Assembly: GCA_963827655.1 (NCBI GenBank)
Contig: CAWHCF010000040.1
Span: 1-64,000 of the forward strand
DNA from: an uncultured Acidobacteriota bacterium
GTDB taxonomy: Bacteria; Acidobacteriota; UBA6911
Direction: 5' to 3'
Length of the DNA: 64,000 bases
Of the stretch, positions 19,008 through 29,137 are shown piece by piece. Under the pieces are notes generated by a model. That model was not told where the DNA came from and did not search any database. It saw only the letters and a list, made by a program, of their open reading frames with translations. The position numbers and the translations under genes were made by a program. The number at the start of each line of letters is the position of its first letter. Position 1 is the stretch's first letter.

Positions 19008-20669
19008 CTAAAAGGCACCGGAGTAGACGTGCGCCTCTTCCCCCCTGTGCCAGTAAGGCGCCGGAATATCCTCGAGGGGAAGAACCGAATCCGATATGGG
19101 CGTACGGCCGAGATGCAGTTTGCGATTGATCAGCCAGCCTGGCAGGTTGGCGAAGTTCATGGCGGGCCAGGTGAACTGAGGGCCGTGAATTCGCCGGCCT
19201 TTCAGGGCCCAGAAAATTGTCATTCCCAACCGGAACCCAAAACGGATTTTGGGGCGTGAGATGGCGATATTCAGGCTGTACTTCCAGCACGTGAGAATGA
19301 ATTCCCACTGCAATTCCGAAAGCTCGCGCAGGTGAAGCCCCTTGGCATTGCCGAGCCGCGTCTCTTCGAGCGGCGTGAAAATAGAGGGGACAAAGAAGAG
19401 CTTGTGGTTTCTCAGCTTGTAAATGAGTTCCAACGACTGCTTGACGTCGTCGTCAGTCTCGCCGGGCGATCCCACCAGGAAAGTACACACCGGATACCAC
19501 TTGTTCTCGTTCAGGATGGTCAGTCCGTTCACCACGATGTCCTGCCAGTTTTCGACTTTGAACGGGAGAGCCTTGCCGCGCATGATCTTGTCTGCCAGCC
19601 GGGGAGAGCCGGTCTCGATGCCGATCAGGGGACATATGAATCGCTCGTTCGGGTTTGACTTGTGATGCAGGGCATAAGGCGTCTTGGGCAGGATTATCTG
19701 AGAAAGCTCGCGGATCAACTCGGGATCCACCAGCGCAGGCGCGATGGTCGCGTGAGACAGGGCCAGGTACTCGACGCCCGGGACTCGCGCAATGCTGTCG
19801 TAAAGATCGAGGATGGCCTCCCGATTCGGTATGTAAAACGGCATTTTGGCCTGGTAGATGAAAATATCCTCCGACACCGGAAAGACCATCTTGCCGCCTT
19901 CACGAACATTGCCGCGCACCGATTCGAGGATTTTTTCCTTGGGGACCGAGACCCTGGGCTCCAGCGTGGGTGCGCAGAAGGCGCAGGCGCGACCGCACCC
20001 GCGCGTCATCTCCACGATCCCATAGGTGCTGCGCCGTTTCGGCACCACGATTTGTTCCAGCGGCGGATCCGGCGGCCGGATCACACGGGGAAGGGGCTCG
20101 CCGCGCACCGCCTTCAGGAATATGTCTTCGATCACGGCGTCGCCTCGTCCGATCACCACCGTGTCCACACCCAGTTCCTCGAAGGCGTTCATTTTCTCGA
20201 TCTGCCAGGCCCCGGCTCCTCCTACGATGACCCGCGGCCGATACTTTTTCATCACGGGGTGCAAGAACATAGCCCGTGACTCGAGGGCGTTCACCGGGTT
20301 CGCGGTCGAGCCCATGATCGAGCTATAGACGCCTGTGGAGAACGACTGGCCGATAGGATTGTGAGCCGCGACTCCGACGACCCGGGTTTCCGGACCGACG
20401 AACTTGTCGAGATTGTGCGGGTGCGTGACGGCGATGTCTTCAGCGGGGAAGTGCCGCAGCAGAAGTTCCTCTACAATCCGCAGGCCGTAAGGAACTGCGG
20501 AAGCAGTGCCATCCGCATAGTCGTCGGTCAGAAGATCATCCTGATAGAACCGCCGCTTGATGTACTTCGCCGGTATCGACGCATACATCATCTGGCGCCA
20601 GGGAGAAAAGCCTTTCTCGGTGCTTTCAGTCACGGGTGCGGTCAACACGATTTTCTTGCCTTGCGGCAT
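19008..20669 (-). CDS. Radical SAM protein with B12-binding-like N-terminal domain
   Basis: EMTRGCGRACAFC (CxxxCxxC), IVGGAGAWQ, GIETGSPRL, PGETDDDV. Confidence 0.88.
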   Translation of the reverse strand: MPQGKKIVLTAPVTESTEKGFSPWRQMMYASIPAKYIKRRFYQDDLLTDDYADGTASAVPYGLRIVEELLLRHFPAEDIAVTHPHNLDKFVGPETRVVGVAAHNPIGQSFSTGVYSSIMGSTANPVNALESRAMFLHPVMKKYRPRVIVGGAGAWQIEKMNAFEELGVDTVVIGRGDAVIEDIFLKAVRGEPLPRVIRPPDPPLEQIVVPKRRSTYGIVEMTRGCGRACAFCAPTLEPRVSVPKEKILESVRGNVREGGKMVFPVSEDIFIYQAKMPFYIPNREAILDLYDSIARVPGVEYLALSHATIAPALVDPELIRELSQIILPKTPYALHHKSNPNERFICPLIGIETGSPRLADKIMRGKALPFKVENWQDIVVNGLTILNENKWYPVCTFLVGSPGETDDDVKQSLELIYKLRNHKLFFVPSIFTPLEETRLGNAKGLHLRELSELQWEFILTCWKYSLNIAISRPKIRFGFRLGMTIFWALKGRRIHGPQFTWPAMNFANLPGWLINRKLHLGRTPISDSVLPLEDIPAPYWHRGEEAHVYSGAF

Positions 20670-21254
20670 CCGGAGCCTCCGTAAAACGACAAATGCAATC
20701 CCTTCACTGCTTCTTACCTCGAAGCAGCTCTCAACGGGAACCCGACCTGCACAATTTGCGAGATGCTAGCATGGTAGTTTGTTAATGCCAAGAACTTGTC
20801 TTACATCCCTGATTCGCAGAGTCTTGGGGTCTCTGCCGTCAGTTAACAGAAACACCACCATAGCAGGGCTCAGGGGCCGCGGCCGCAATCAAAGTGGCGG
20901 CCATCCGCGCGCGCCGAAGCGGTCAGCGGTCAGCTGTCAGCGTTCGGGATTACCGACTCGAGCGTTTTGACTTCCGTTACATGACGATCGAGTCGAACAT
21001 CTTCCCTGGCGATCGGATATCCGCAAACGGGCATGGTCATTATAAGCACTACTAAGTGAGCACGACCAGGCTTCGAGAAGTCAACGTCCTGGAGTTGCCA
21101 GCGTAGAACATTGTCCTACAACACGAATTTACAGGTGTGTAATACAACAAGCCAAAGATGCGAGGTCCACCGGCAGCTATTGTGAAGTCGCGAGGGGTGC
21201 TGTATAAGACTGACGGCGATTTCCAACCCAATCTTTGAACGGGAGATCATTCTT

Positions 21255-23129
21255 GTGATAAGCCGCCGGAAGTTCTTGAGAGGTACCGCGAGCCTGGCCG
21301 CGACTTCAGCCGCGGCGGGGCCCTTACTGACCAGTCTTGAGGGCGCCACCAAAAACGGCGCGAGGGAGTGGCGCTGTTACGGCGGAGATCAGGGTGCAAG
21401 CCGGTACTCCCCTCTCGACCAGATCAATCGCTCGAATGTCAAAAACCTCAAAGTTGCCTGGGTGTATCGCAGCGGGGATGCCATGCAACGACCGGCGACC
21501 ACGATCGAATGCACTCCGATCGTGGTTGAAGGTGTGATGTATTTGACCACAGCGCAGGTACACGTGCGCGCGTTGAATGCGGCTACGGGCGCGGTTCTGT
21601 GGACTTCCGATCCCTTTGCCGCGAAACGGGGTCGAGGTTCGCCTGGCGTCAATCGCGGCGTCTGCTTCTGGCAAGACGGGTCGGAGCGGCGAATCTTTCT
21701 GATCGTCAGGGATCAGTTCTTCAGCCTGGATGCAGGGACTGGCAAGCTCGTTCCCGGCTTTGGCGAGAACGGCGTGGTCGATCTGAAGGAGAACTTCGAC
21801 CACGACATGACCGGGCTTTCTTTCAGAAGTAGCAGCCCTCCGGTCGCCTATCGCGACCTGATTATTGTGGGCGGGGGCGGCGGTGAGGGCCCATACCCCG
21901 AAGCTCCCGGACATATTCGAGGGTACGACGCCCGCACTGGAAAGCGCAGGTGGATATTTCATACGGTCCCCAAGCCGGGCGAGTTTGGCAACGACACCTG
22001 GGAGGGAAACTCGTGGAAGACGGCCGGCGGCACCAACAACTGGGCCGGGATGAGCGTCGATGAAAAGCGCGGTTTGGTCTTTGCTTCGATCGGGTCGCCC
22101 TCATTCGACTACTACGGGGGAGATCGCAAGGGGGCCAATCTGTTCGGCAACTGCGTGCTCGCGCTCAAGGCCGAGACCGGCGAAAGGGCCTGGCATTTCC
22201 AGACCGTGCATCATGACGTCTGGGATTACGACCTGCCCGCCCAGCCGGCATTGATTACGGTCAGGCAACGTGGCCGCCGCATAGATGCCGTGGCGCAAGT
22301 GACCAAAACCGCCATGCTGTTTCTGTTCGACCGCAGCACGGGGAAACCCCTGTTCCCGATCGAAGAGCGGCCGATTCAGAAGTCTGACGTTCCGGGCGAG
22401 GAGTTGTGGCCGACTCAACCTTTTCCGGTCAAACCGCCTCCCTTCAGCCGCCAGGACTTTTCCGAGGACCAGATCACCGACATCTCTCCCGAAGCTCACG
22501 AGGCCGTCAAGAAGATCTACCAGGTCTCACGAATAGGAAAGATGTTCACGCCCCCGAGCAAGGTAGGGACCGTCGTACACCCCGGTTTTCGAGGAGGCGC
22601 GTTATGGGGTGGCTGCAGTTTCGATCCCGCGCTGAACCTGCTGTTCGTCAACTCCGATGAAAACTCGGATCGGATTACCCTGGCCGACGCCGCCCCGGAC
22701 CAGCCTTTTCGTTACGCCCTGCCGGAGCGCCGCCGATACGTGGACCCGGAAGGCTACCCCGCGATCAAGCCTCCCTGGGGCTATCTCACGGCCATCGATC
22801 TCGACAAAGGGGAATTTGCCTGGCGGGTCGTGATCGGTGAATTCCCGGCGTTGAAGGCGCGCGGCATTCCCAAGACAGGGACGCCGACGAATGGAGGTTC
22901 GATCGCCACCGCCGGCGGGCTGGTATTCATTGCGGCCACGTTCGACGAAAAGATCCGAGCCTTCGATTCCAAAACGGGAGAAATTCTCTGGGAGCACCAG
23001 CTCAGCGCCGGCGGATACGCCACCCCTTGCACCTATGAAGTCGACGGCCGGCAATACCTGGCGATTGCGGCCGGTGGTGGAAAAGGCTTCACGAAGCCGG
23101 GCGACGAGTTTGTAGTCTTCTCGTTGTAG
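21255..23129 (+). CDS. PQQ-dependent (glucose/quinate-type) dehydrogenase with Tat signal
   Basis: SRRKFL; RYSPLDQINRSNVKNLKVAW; WHFQTVHHDVWDYD; ATPCTYEVDGRQY. Confidence 0.93.
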   Translation: MISRRKFLRGTASLAATSAAAGPLLTSLEGATKNGAREWRCYGGDQGASRYSPLDQINRSNVKNLKVAWVYRSGDAMQRPATTIECTPIVVEGVMYLTTAQVHVRALNAATGAVLWTSDPFAAKRGRGSPGVNRGVCFWQDGSERRIFLIVRDQFFSLDAGTGKLVPGFGENGVVDLKENFDHDMTGLSFRSSSPPVAYRDLIIVGGGGGEGPYPEAPGHIRGYDARTGKRRWIFHTVPKPGEFGNDTWEGNSWKTAGGTNNWAGMSVDEKRGLVFASIGSPSFDYYGGDRKGANLFGNCVLALKAETGERAWHFQTVHHDVWDYDLPAQPALITVRQRGRRIDAVAQVTKTAMLFLFDRSTGKPLFPIEERPIQKSDVPGEELWPTQPFPVKPPPFSRQDFSEDQITDISPEAHEAVKKIYQVSRIGKMFTPPSKVGTVVHPGFRGGALWGGCSFDPALNLLFVNSDENSDRITLADAAPDQPFRYALPERRRYVDPEGYPAIKPPWGYLTAIDLDKGEFAWRVVIGEFPALKARGIPKTGTPTNGGSIATAGGLVFIAATFDEKIRAFDSKTGEILWEHQLSAGGYATPCTYEVDGRQYLAIAAGGGKGFTKPGDEFVVFSL

Positions 23130-23166
23130 TTCATAGTGCCAGGATGGGAAGGCGCCAGGAGATCTC

Positions 23167-23661
23167 ATGCTGACTGCAAGTTCCTGGGCATGTGCTTTGG
23201 TGTTCTCGGTTCTTAGCTCCTTTCTCTCCGACGAGAAACCAGCGCCGCCTCAGCCGATCCCCTTCAGCCACAAGACCCACGCAGTGCTGGGCGTGAAGTG
23301 TCTTTACTGTCACTCGATCAAGGATCCCGGTTTCAGCGCGGGTTTGCCCGAAGAGGCCCTGTGCATGTCGTGCCATGAGAGTATCAAGACCGAGAGCGCG
23401 GCGATTCAAAAGCTCGCCCAGCATGCCAAATCCGGCACGGCGATCGAATGGGTGAGAATCTACACGGTTCCTGACTATGTGTGGTTCTCTCATAAGTCGC
23501 ATCACCGTGGTGCAGGACTCGAGTGCGAGACCTGTCACGGACCGGTTGCCGAGCGCGAGGTTATCGTCAAGGAGAAACCGACCTCGATGACGGCCTGCAT
23601 GGACTGCCATGCCAAGCGCCGCGCGTCAAACGACTGCGGCTTCTGCCACAACCCGATGTGA
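23167..23661 (+). CDS. Pentaheme c-type cytochrome (ActA/QrcA-like, cytochrome c3 superfamily)
   Basis: PQPIPFSHKTHA; five CxxCH motifs (CLYCH, CMSCH, CETCH, CMDCH, CGFCH); VPDYVWFSH. Confidence 0.9.
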   Translation: MLTASSWACALVFSVLSSFLSDEKPAPPQPIPFSHKTHAVLGVKCLYCHSIKDPGFSAGLPEEALCMSCHESIKTESAAIQKLAQHAKSGTAIEWVRIYTVPDYVWFSHKSHHRGAGLECETCHGPVAEREVIVKEKPTSMTACMDCHAKRRASNDCGFCHNPM

Positions 23662-23734
23662 TCGAAGCTTTCAGCGAAACAGCAATAGCTCACTGATCGC
23701 CGAAGGCACGAAGAAGCGTCATGAAATCTTAACT

Positions 23735-25066
23735 CTAGAGAACCTCGGCGCCGCGGCCCTGCTGCACCAGGGGCATATAGGTTTCAAGCTCCTGCTGGGT
23801 TCCCGGATCCAATAAGTCTACCGTGCGCCGCGATTCGGCGGCCATGTAAGCTGCCATGACCAGCCTGGTTATCTCCAGGCCATAACTCCAGGGGAGAAAT
23901 CCGTCCCGGCCGGCGTTGAAAGCCCGGAGCGCATCTTCATTCTCGTCGGTATAGCCGTACAGGTCAGCCTCGTTATACTGCACGGCTATCAGCCCGCGCG
24001 TTGCCGTGGCCTTTTCGAGCGCGGCCTCGGCATCCTTGATCGCTTCAGCGGCCGCATCGCCGATAAAGAGGGTCGAAGGCGAAACCAGTGTATTCACCTC
24101 GAAGGCGTAGCCCGGCCCCATGCCGTCCATGAACAGGCGCAGCCCCTGCTTTTCGAACATCCAGGAATTTGTAAACTGGGCTTTGACCTTTTGCCCGGTC
24201 TCGGGATTCCGGTAGGTGATTATTCCGGTGGCGAAGTCTTCAGCCGGATGCTTTGAGTAATCGATCCCGCGTTCATTGAGCAATTTCGCTCGCCAGTTCG
24301 GCTGTCCCCATTTCAGGAGCCCGATCTCCGCGGAAACGCTCACAGGCTGCAGGAAGGTTATTTCCTTGCCGGGCGGGTTGAGCGCGAACCAGCTCGCCGC
24401 GATGCTGTGACACCCCATGTCGCTGAGCACTCCGCCCCCCTGGCGCGTGGGATCCCAGAACCAGGCCTCATGCGGCCCGGCGTGCTCTTCGGACGATCGG
24501 ACCAAAGCCAGAGGACCCATGGTTCGCTGGACCGGTTCCAGCTGCGCCAGCTGTGTGCGGATGGGCTTCATGAAGACCTGGTTCTCGAAGTAGGCCGTGC
24601 GAAGATTCACCGATTGAGAAAGTTGGATCAGGCGCCGGGCTTCCGCGACCGTACGTCCCAAGGGTTTTTCGCAGATGACCCCCTTCAACTCGGCCCCGGC
24701 TTTCACGGCCGCCACGATCTCTTCCATCACCGGAATGCGCGTGTAGTTCGGCGAGAAGATGGCCACGCAGTCGACCTGCCTGGCCATTTCGTACACGCTG
24801 TTGAAGACCCGGGGTTCGCCCAGTCCGAAGTCCCGGGCCATCCGTGCGACGGCCGGTGTGCCTTTGCGCTGGGTGAGGGCGCAGAATTCCATGCCGCGCA
24901 CCTGCTTCATCGCTACCGCCTGGAAGCGGGTGATGAATCCCGCTCCCACCACTCCGACCCTCAGGGGATTGCGGGTTGCGGATTGCGGATTAGGGATCTT
25001 TTCGATTGCGGATTGCGGATTGCGGATTGCGGATTTTCTCGATTGCGGATTGCGGATTGAAGGCAT
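23735..25066 (-). CDS. Gfo/Idh/MocA oxidoreductase with an N-terminal repeat-derived SAIRNPQ extension
   Basis: LRVGVVGAGFI, ICEKPLG, GGGVLSDMGCH. Confidence 0.9.
   Translation of the reverse strand: MPSIRNPQSRKSAIRNPQSAIEKIPNPQSATRNPLRVGVVGAGFITRFQAVAMKQVRGMEFCALTQRKGTPAVARMARDFGLGEPRVFNSVYEMARQVDCVAIFSPNYTRIPVMEEIVAAVKAGAELKGVICEKPLGRTVAEARRLIQLSQSVNLRTAYFENQVFMKPIRTQLAQLEPVQRTMGPLALVRSSEEHAGPHEAWFWDPTRQGGGVLSDMGCHSIAASWFALNPPGKEITFLQPVSVSAEIGLLKWGQPNWRAKLLNERGIDYSKHPAEDFATGIITYRNPETGQKVKAQFTNSWMFEKQGLRLFMDGMGPGYAFEVNTLVSPSTLFIGDAAAEAIKDAEAALEKATATRGLIAVQYNEADLYGYTDENEDALRAFNAGRDGFLPWSYGLEITRLVMAAYMAAESRRTVDLLDPGTQQELETYMPLVQQGRGAEVL
24966..25060 (+). repeat. GATTGCG heptamer array inside the 5' end of the oxidoreductase ORF
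   Basis: Multiple tandem GATTGCG units with short interruptions. Confidence 0.9.
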
Positions 25067-25279
25067 GGCATCAATGGATACGCAGGAGGCTCAAGAAAGT
25101 CAATCTGTATCTGGTACCCGCTCCCGCACCTGTTTCCCGATTGCCTGGAAGCGGGACCGATTGTCATTTATGTCTAATGACAGATGACCAATGACAAGAC
25201 CAATGAGAAAATCGGATTTCGGATTGAAGGCATTACATCAAGGGATACGCAGAAATTCGACAAGGTCAATCCGCAATCG

Positions 25280-26899
25280 TCAAATCGAATGGTTCTGGAA
25301 TTGAACCCGCAACAGTTTCTTGTCGAATTTTCCCACGCTGGTCTTGGGCACCGACTCAATAAACACCACGTCATCCGGGAGCCACCAGCGCGCGACCCGC
25401 GGCCGCAGGAATTGGAGCACGTGTTCTTTGGTCAGCGTCCCCTTGTACTGCGGCTTGGGCACGACGCAAGCCAACGGTCGCTCCTGCCACTTTGGATGCG
25501 GAACAGCGATAACGGCGGCTTCCAGAACCTGAGGATGCGCCATGATGGCAGTTTCCAGATCAACACTTGATATCCACTCCCCCCCGCTCTTGACCAGGTC
25601 CTTGGTTCTGTCCGCGATGTGGATATAGCCATTCTGGTTGATCGACACCACGTCGCCGGTGCGGAACCAGCCGTCCATGAAGGAATCGGCGCTTCGCGGA
25701 TCGTTGTAGTAGCTCCGGATGATCCAGGGCCCTCGCACCTGAAGCTCGCCCAGGGTCTTGCCATCCCAGGGGACCTCCTTTCCGTTCTCGTCGACGGCGC
25801 GGATCTCCACTCCGGGCAAGGGCGCTCCCTGAAGCGCGAGGACGCCGTACTGCTCGTCTTCAGGCCAATTCTTCATGAAGCCGCGAAGCTTCGAGACGGT
25901 TCCGAGCGGAGTCATCTCGGTCATTCCCCAGGCCTGGCAGATGTTGATACCGAATTTCTTCCTGAAGCCTTCGATCATGCTCTGCGGAACAGCCGAACCG
26001 CCGCACGGGCATATGCGCAGACTGGACAAATCGTATTGCTCCTGCTCCAGAACAGAAAGGAGGCCGATCCAGATCGTGGGCACGCCGGCGGCGAGTGTGA
26101 CCCGCTCCTGCTGAATCAGCTCAGCCAGGGCCTTGGGCTGGAGATTCGGACCGGGAAAAACCTGCTTGGCCCCCACCATCGTGGCGCAGTAGGGAATTCC
26201 CCAGGCGTTAGCGTGGAACATCGGCACTACGGGCATGACCACATCGGTTTCGCAAATGCCGAATGCGTCAGCCATGGCATGAGCCATGGAATGCAGATAG
26301 ACGGCGCGGTGGCTGTAAACCGCTCCTTTCGGGTTTCCCGTGGTGCCGGAGGTGTAGCACATCGCGGCAGCCGAATTCTCGTCGAGCTGCGGCCAATCGA
26401 ATTCAGAAGAGGCCCGGGCCAGCAGCTCTTCATAATGAAGAATGGGTGAGAGTGAGGTGACGCTCCCGCCGTCTTCGTTCATGACCACAATGTGCCGGAT
26501 GCTTGGCACCATAGGGCGGAACTGCTCGAGGAGTGGAAGCAGGTTCTGATCGACAAAGATAACTGCGTCCTCCGCATGGCTGGCGATGAACCCGATCTGC
26601 TCGGGAATGAGTCTCAAGTTCAGGGTGTGCAGGACCGCTCCGTAACAAGGAGCGCCAAAATAGATTTCGAGGTGACTAAAGGTGTTCCATCCGAGCGTGG
26701 CGACACGTTCTCCCGGTTTCACGCCCAACTCCCGAAGCACGTTGGCGAGGCGGCAGACACGATGGTAAAAATCGGCATAGCTGTATCGGTGAGTTTCCAC
26801 GGCGCCTCGGGTAACGATCTCCTGCCGGGGAAAAAGCTGCCGGGCCCGTTGCAGAATCATCGTTAGAGTGAGCGGAAAATCCATCATCAGGCCTTGCAT
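25280..26899 (-). CDS. Long/medium-chain fatty-acid--CoA ligase (AlkK/DmdB-like)
   Basis: MCYTSGTTGNPKG, AWGMTEMTP, FRTGD, DRTKDLVKSGGEWISS. Confidence 0.95.
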   Translation of the reverse strand: MQGLMMDFPLTLTMILQRARQLFPRQEIVTRGAVETHRYSYADFYHRVCRLANVLRELGVKPGERVATLGWNTFSHLEIYFGAPCYGAVLHTLNLRLIPEQIGFIASHAEDAVIFVDQNLLPLLEQFRPMVPSIRHIVVMNEDGGSVTSLSPILHYEELLARASSEFDWPQLDENSAAAMCYTSGTTGNPKGAVYSHRAVYLHSMAHAMADAFGICETDVVMPVVPMFHANAWGIPYCATMVGAKQVFPGPNLQPKALAELIQQERVTLAAGVPTIWIGLLSVLEQEQYDLSSLRICPCGGSAVPQSMIEGFRKKFGINICQAWGMTEMTPLGTVSKLRGFMKNWPEDEQYGVLALQGAPLPGVEIRAVDENGKEVPWDGKTLGELQVRGPWIIRSYYNDPRSADSFMDGWFRTGDVVSINQNGYIHIADRTKDLVKSGGEWISSVDLETAIMAHPQVLEAAVIAVPHPKWQERPLACVVPKPQYKGTLTKEHVLQFLRPRVARWWLPDDVVFIESVPKTSVGKFDKKLLRVQFQNHSI

Positions 26900-26958
26900 G
26901 AAACCTCCTGGCGAAAGTTACCGGCCGTCTTTACGCGCTGACCTGGGAGACACATAGG

Positions 26959-27903
26959 CTATGAATATAACAGACCGCGTCCAAGAACCTGTTTCATTCC
27001 GGCGCCGAGATCCGGGTATTCCGGTTGCCAGCCTGTCGCCTGTTTGAGTTTCGTGTTGGGGCAGTTAAACGAGATTGTGGGAAGAACACCCATCACCGGT
27101 CCCAGCAGCGGACGCGCCAGGAACTGGGGCCAGTGTCTTGCCGGCTTTGCGCCGAGCAGGGCGGCTATGGTGTTAACGTAGTCCTTGAAAGCAAGGGGAT
27201 GGTCGTCTACCACGAAGAACGTTGCTCCCGGAGCGGGTCTCTCGAGCGCCGCAACGAAGGCGCTTCCCATGTCGTCGACGTGAATCACGCTGATGACGTT
27301 ATTACCCGAACCGAAGATCGGAAGCCTTCGTTTTCGAATGGCGTCCAGAAGCTGCCGGATCTGAAGACTCTCCGCGTGGTAGAAAAGTCCGCCCCTGAGA
27401 ATCATCGTGGCCAGCCCGTGATGCTCATTCGCGCGGCGCACGAGTTCTTCCATCTTGGCTGCGGCAAAGAACGGTGATCCCGGGGGCATGGGCAGGGTAC
27501 AGGGGGCATCATCCCGAAGAACCCGAGCATCCCGTGTCGCCGCCAGGAATGCGATGCTCTGTTGAAGATAGAGGCGCGCCCCGGCCTTGCGAGCAGCCTC
27601 GAGAAGCTTTGCCGTGCCTTCCGTGCGCACTCGGTCGTTCTCACTGAAATCCCGTAGCGAGGGCCGAATCTTATTCGGGATCTTGGTCGCCAGGTGCAAA
27701 ACCGCCTCCGAGCCCTCGACCACACGCGCCAGAGCCGGCATGTCGAAAAGATCTCCCGCGGCGGGCTCGGCACCCAATTGGCGTATCAGTTTCTCGTTCT
27801 GCGCCGACCGGGAAAGGGCTCGAACAAAATGTCCCTTTGCGACCAGCCGCGAGACCACGTTTCGCCCGAGAATACCTGTGGCGCCGGCTACGAATATGTT
27901 CAT
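26959..27903 (-). CDS. NAD-dependent epimerase/dehydratase family protein
   Basis: MNIFVAGATGILG, IHVDD, TGWQPEYP. Confidence 0.88.
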   Translation of the reverse strand: MNIFVAGATGILGRNVVSRLVAKGHFVRALSRSAQNEKLIRQLGAEPAAGDLFDMPALARVVEGSEAVLHLATKIPNKIRPSLRDFSENDRVRTEGTAKLLEAARKAGARLYLQQSIAFLAATRDARVLRDDAPCTLPMPPGSPFFAAAKMEELVRRANEHHGLATMILRGGLFYHAESLQIRQLLDAIRKRRLPIFGSGNNVISVIHVDDMGSAFVAALERPAPGATFFVVDDHPLAFKDYVNTIAALLGAKPARHWPQFLARPLLGPVMGVLPTISFNCPNTKLKQATGWQPEYPDLGAGMKQVLGRGLLYS

Positions 27904-27946
27904 GGTGCCGGATCCAGCGCTCTTGAGAATCTGCTGAACAGTCTAA

Positions 27947-28025
27947 GGTTCGTTCGGGGACTTCGCCCCGAACGAAGGCCCCTGGTGAACGACCACATAT
28001 TGGTTTGAACGTTTCACTAAGCGCC
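27947..28025. mobile_element. 79-bp repeated miniature element, copy 1, flanked by TAA (CTAAG context)
   Basis: GGTTCGTTCGGGGACTTCGCCCCGAACGAAGGCCC...TTTCACTAAGCGCC; close second copy at 35764-35841. Confidence 0.8.
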
Positions 28026-28087
28026 TAAGGAGAAGAGGCATCGGCCGTCAGTATCCTGATGAACTCCTCGCGAAGTGGTCTGCCCTC

Positions 28088-28786
28088 TTACATCCGTTGC
28101 TTCTCGAAAATAACAATGTGCTGGCGTGGCAGCAAATCCAGAGTTTCGATATGGCGAAAGCCCATCGGGACAATCTCTTCCAGGACCTGCCGCTTGGTCA
28201 TCTTGTGCAGCGGCTTGATGGGTACCGAGGGGTCCTCGGCGCGGTATTCAACCAGTACCAGCCGTCCCGTGGTTTTCAATGCGGCGCGTATTTTTTCCAT
28301 CATCGCGGCCGGCTGAGAGAATTCGTGATAGACGTCGACCAGCAGGGCCAGGTCAATACTGTTGGGCAAGAGGTTGGGATCGGTTTCGGTTCCCAGGATC
28401 GTTTCGATGTTCTGGAGACCCTCGCGGTCCCGAGAGCGGGCCAGGTCATCCAGCATTGCTTGCTGGATGTCGACCGCCAGAACCTTGCCCGTATTTCCAA
28501 CCCGCCGCGCGAGGCGCAAAGAGAAGTACCCTACACCTGCGCCAACGTCGGCAACGACGTCACCCGGGCGGATTTTCAAGGCTTCGAGCAGTCGCTCCGG
28601 CTTTTCTTCCTCTTCTCGTTCGGGCCGGATCAGCCATGGGGCTCCACTCGCGTCCATGACCGGCGCCGGCGTGCGCCGGATTTGTGGACTCGGGGCTTGC
28701 TCGGAAAAGGTTCGGGTATGGCCTGCCGCAAGCAGAATGGCGACAAGGAACCATCTCTGGTGAAGCCCGCCCGCCCGGCAACTCAT
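28088..28786 (-). CDS. Class I SAM methyltransferase with signal peptide
   Basis: VADVGAGVGYFS, AVDIQ, LLVDVYHEF, LPRQHIVIF. Confidence 0.9.
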   Translation of the reverse strand: MSCRAGGLHQRWFLVAILLAAGHTRTFSEQAPSPQIRRTPAPVMDASGAPWLIRPEREEEEKPERLLEALKIRPGDVVADVGAGVGYFSLRLARRVGNTGKVLAVDIQQAMLDDLARSRDREGLQNIETILGTETDPNLLPNSIDLALLVDVYHEFSQPAAMMEKIRAALKTTGRLVLVEYRAEDPSVPIKPLHKMTKRQVLEEIVPMGFRHIETLDLLPRQHIVIFEKQRM

Positions 28787-29137
28787 GAGTCATATTTAAT
28801 CACAAAGGCTTGCCTCGACGGCAAGGTTCTTCGCGTTTTAGCGAATTGCCCCCACCGCCAGGACGCCTAGTCCCAAGGTTCCGAGGCTTGTTCATCGAAG
28901 GCGGAAATGGTAAAGTCGGACTCGACAAGGAGACTTGCAGGTCGCTGAGTGGTCTGCGAGAAATTGAGCCCGCCTACACCCTCCCAGGAAGGCGACCTCA
29001 CTCACGTTGTCTGACTCCTTTTGGGTTGGCGACGCCGGAAGAACCTGCCAGCCATGATACGTGTGGCCAGCTGGCAATGATTCATCCGAGCATGAGTCAG
29101 GGCGCTCCAGATTCATATCAAGGAGGTCATTGGAATA

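Noticed and set aside
28860-29137. Riboswitch in the leader of the surface-protein module
   Set aside because: No c-di-GMP or other riboswitch consensus could be recognised by eye; an Rfam scan would be needed
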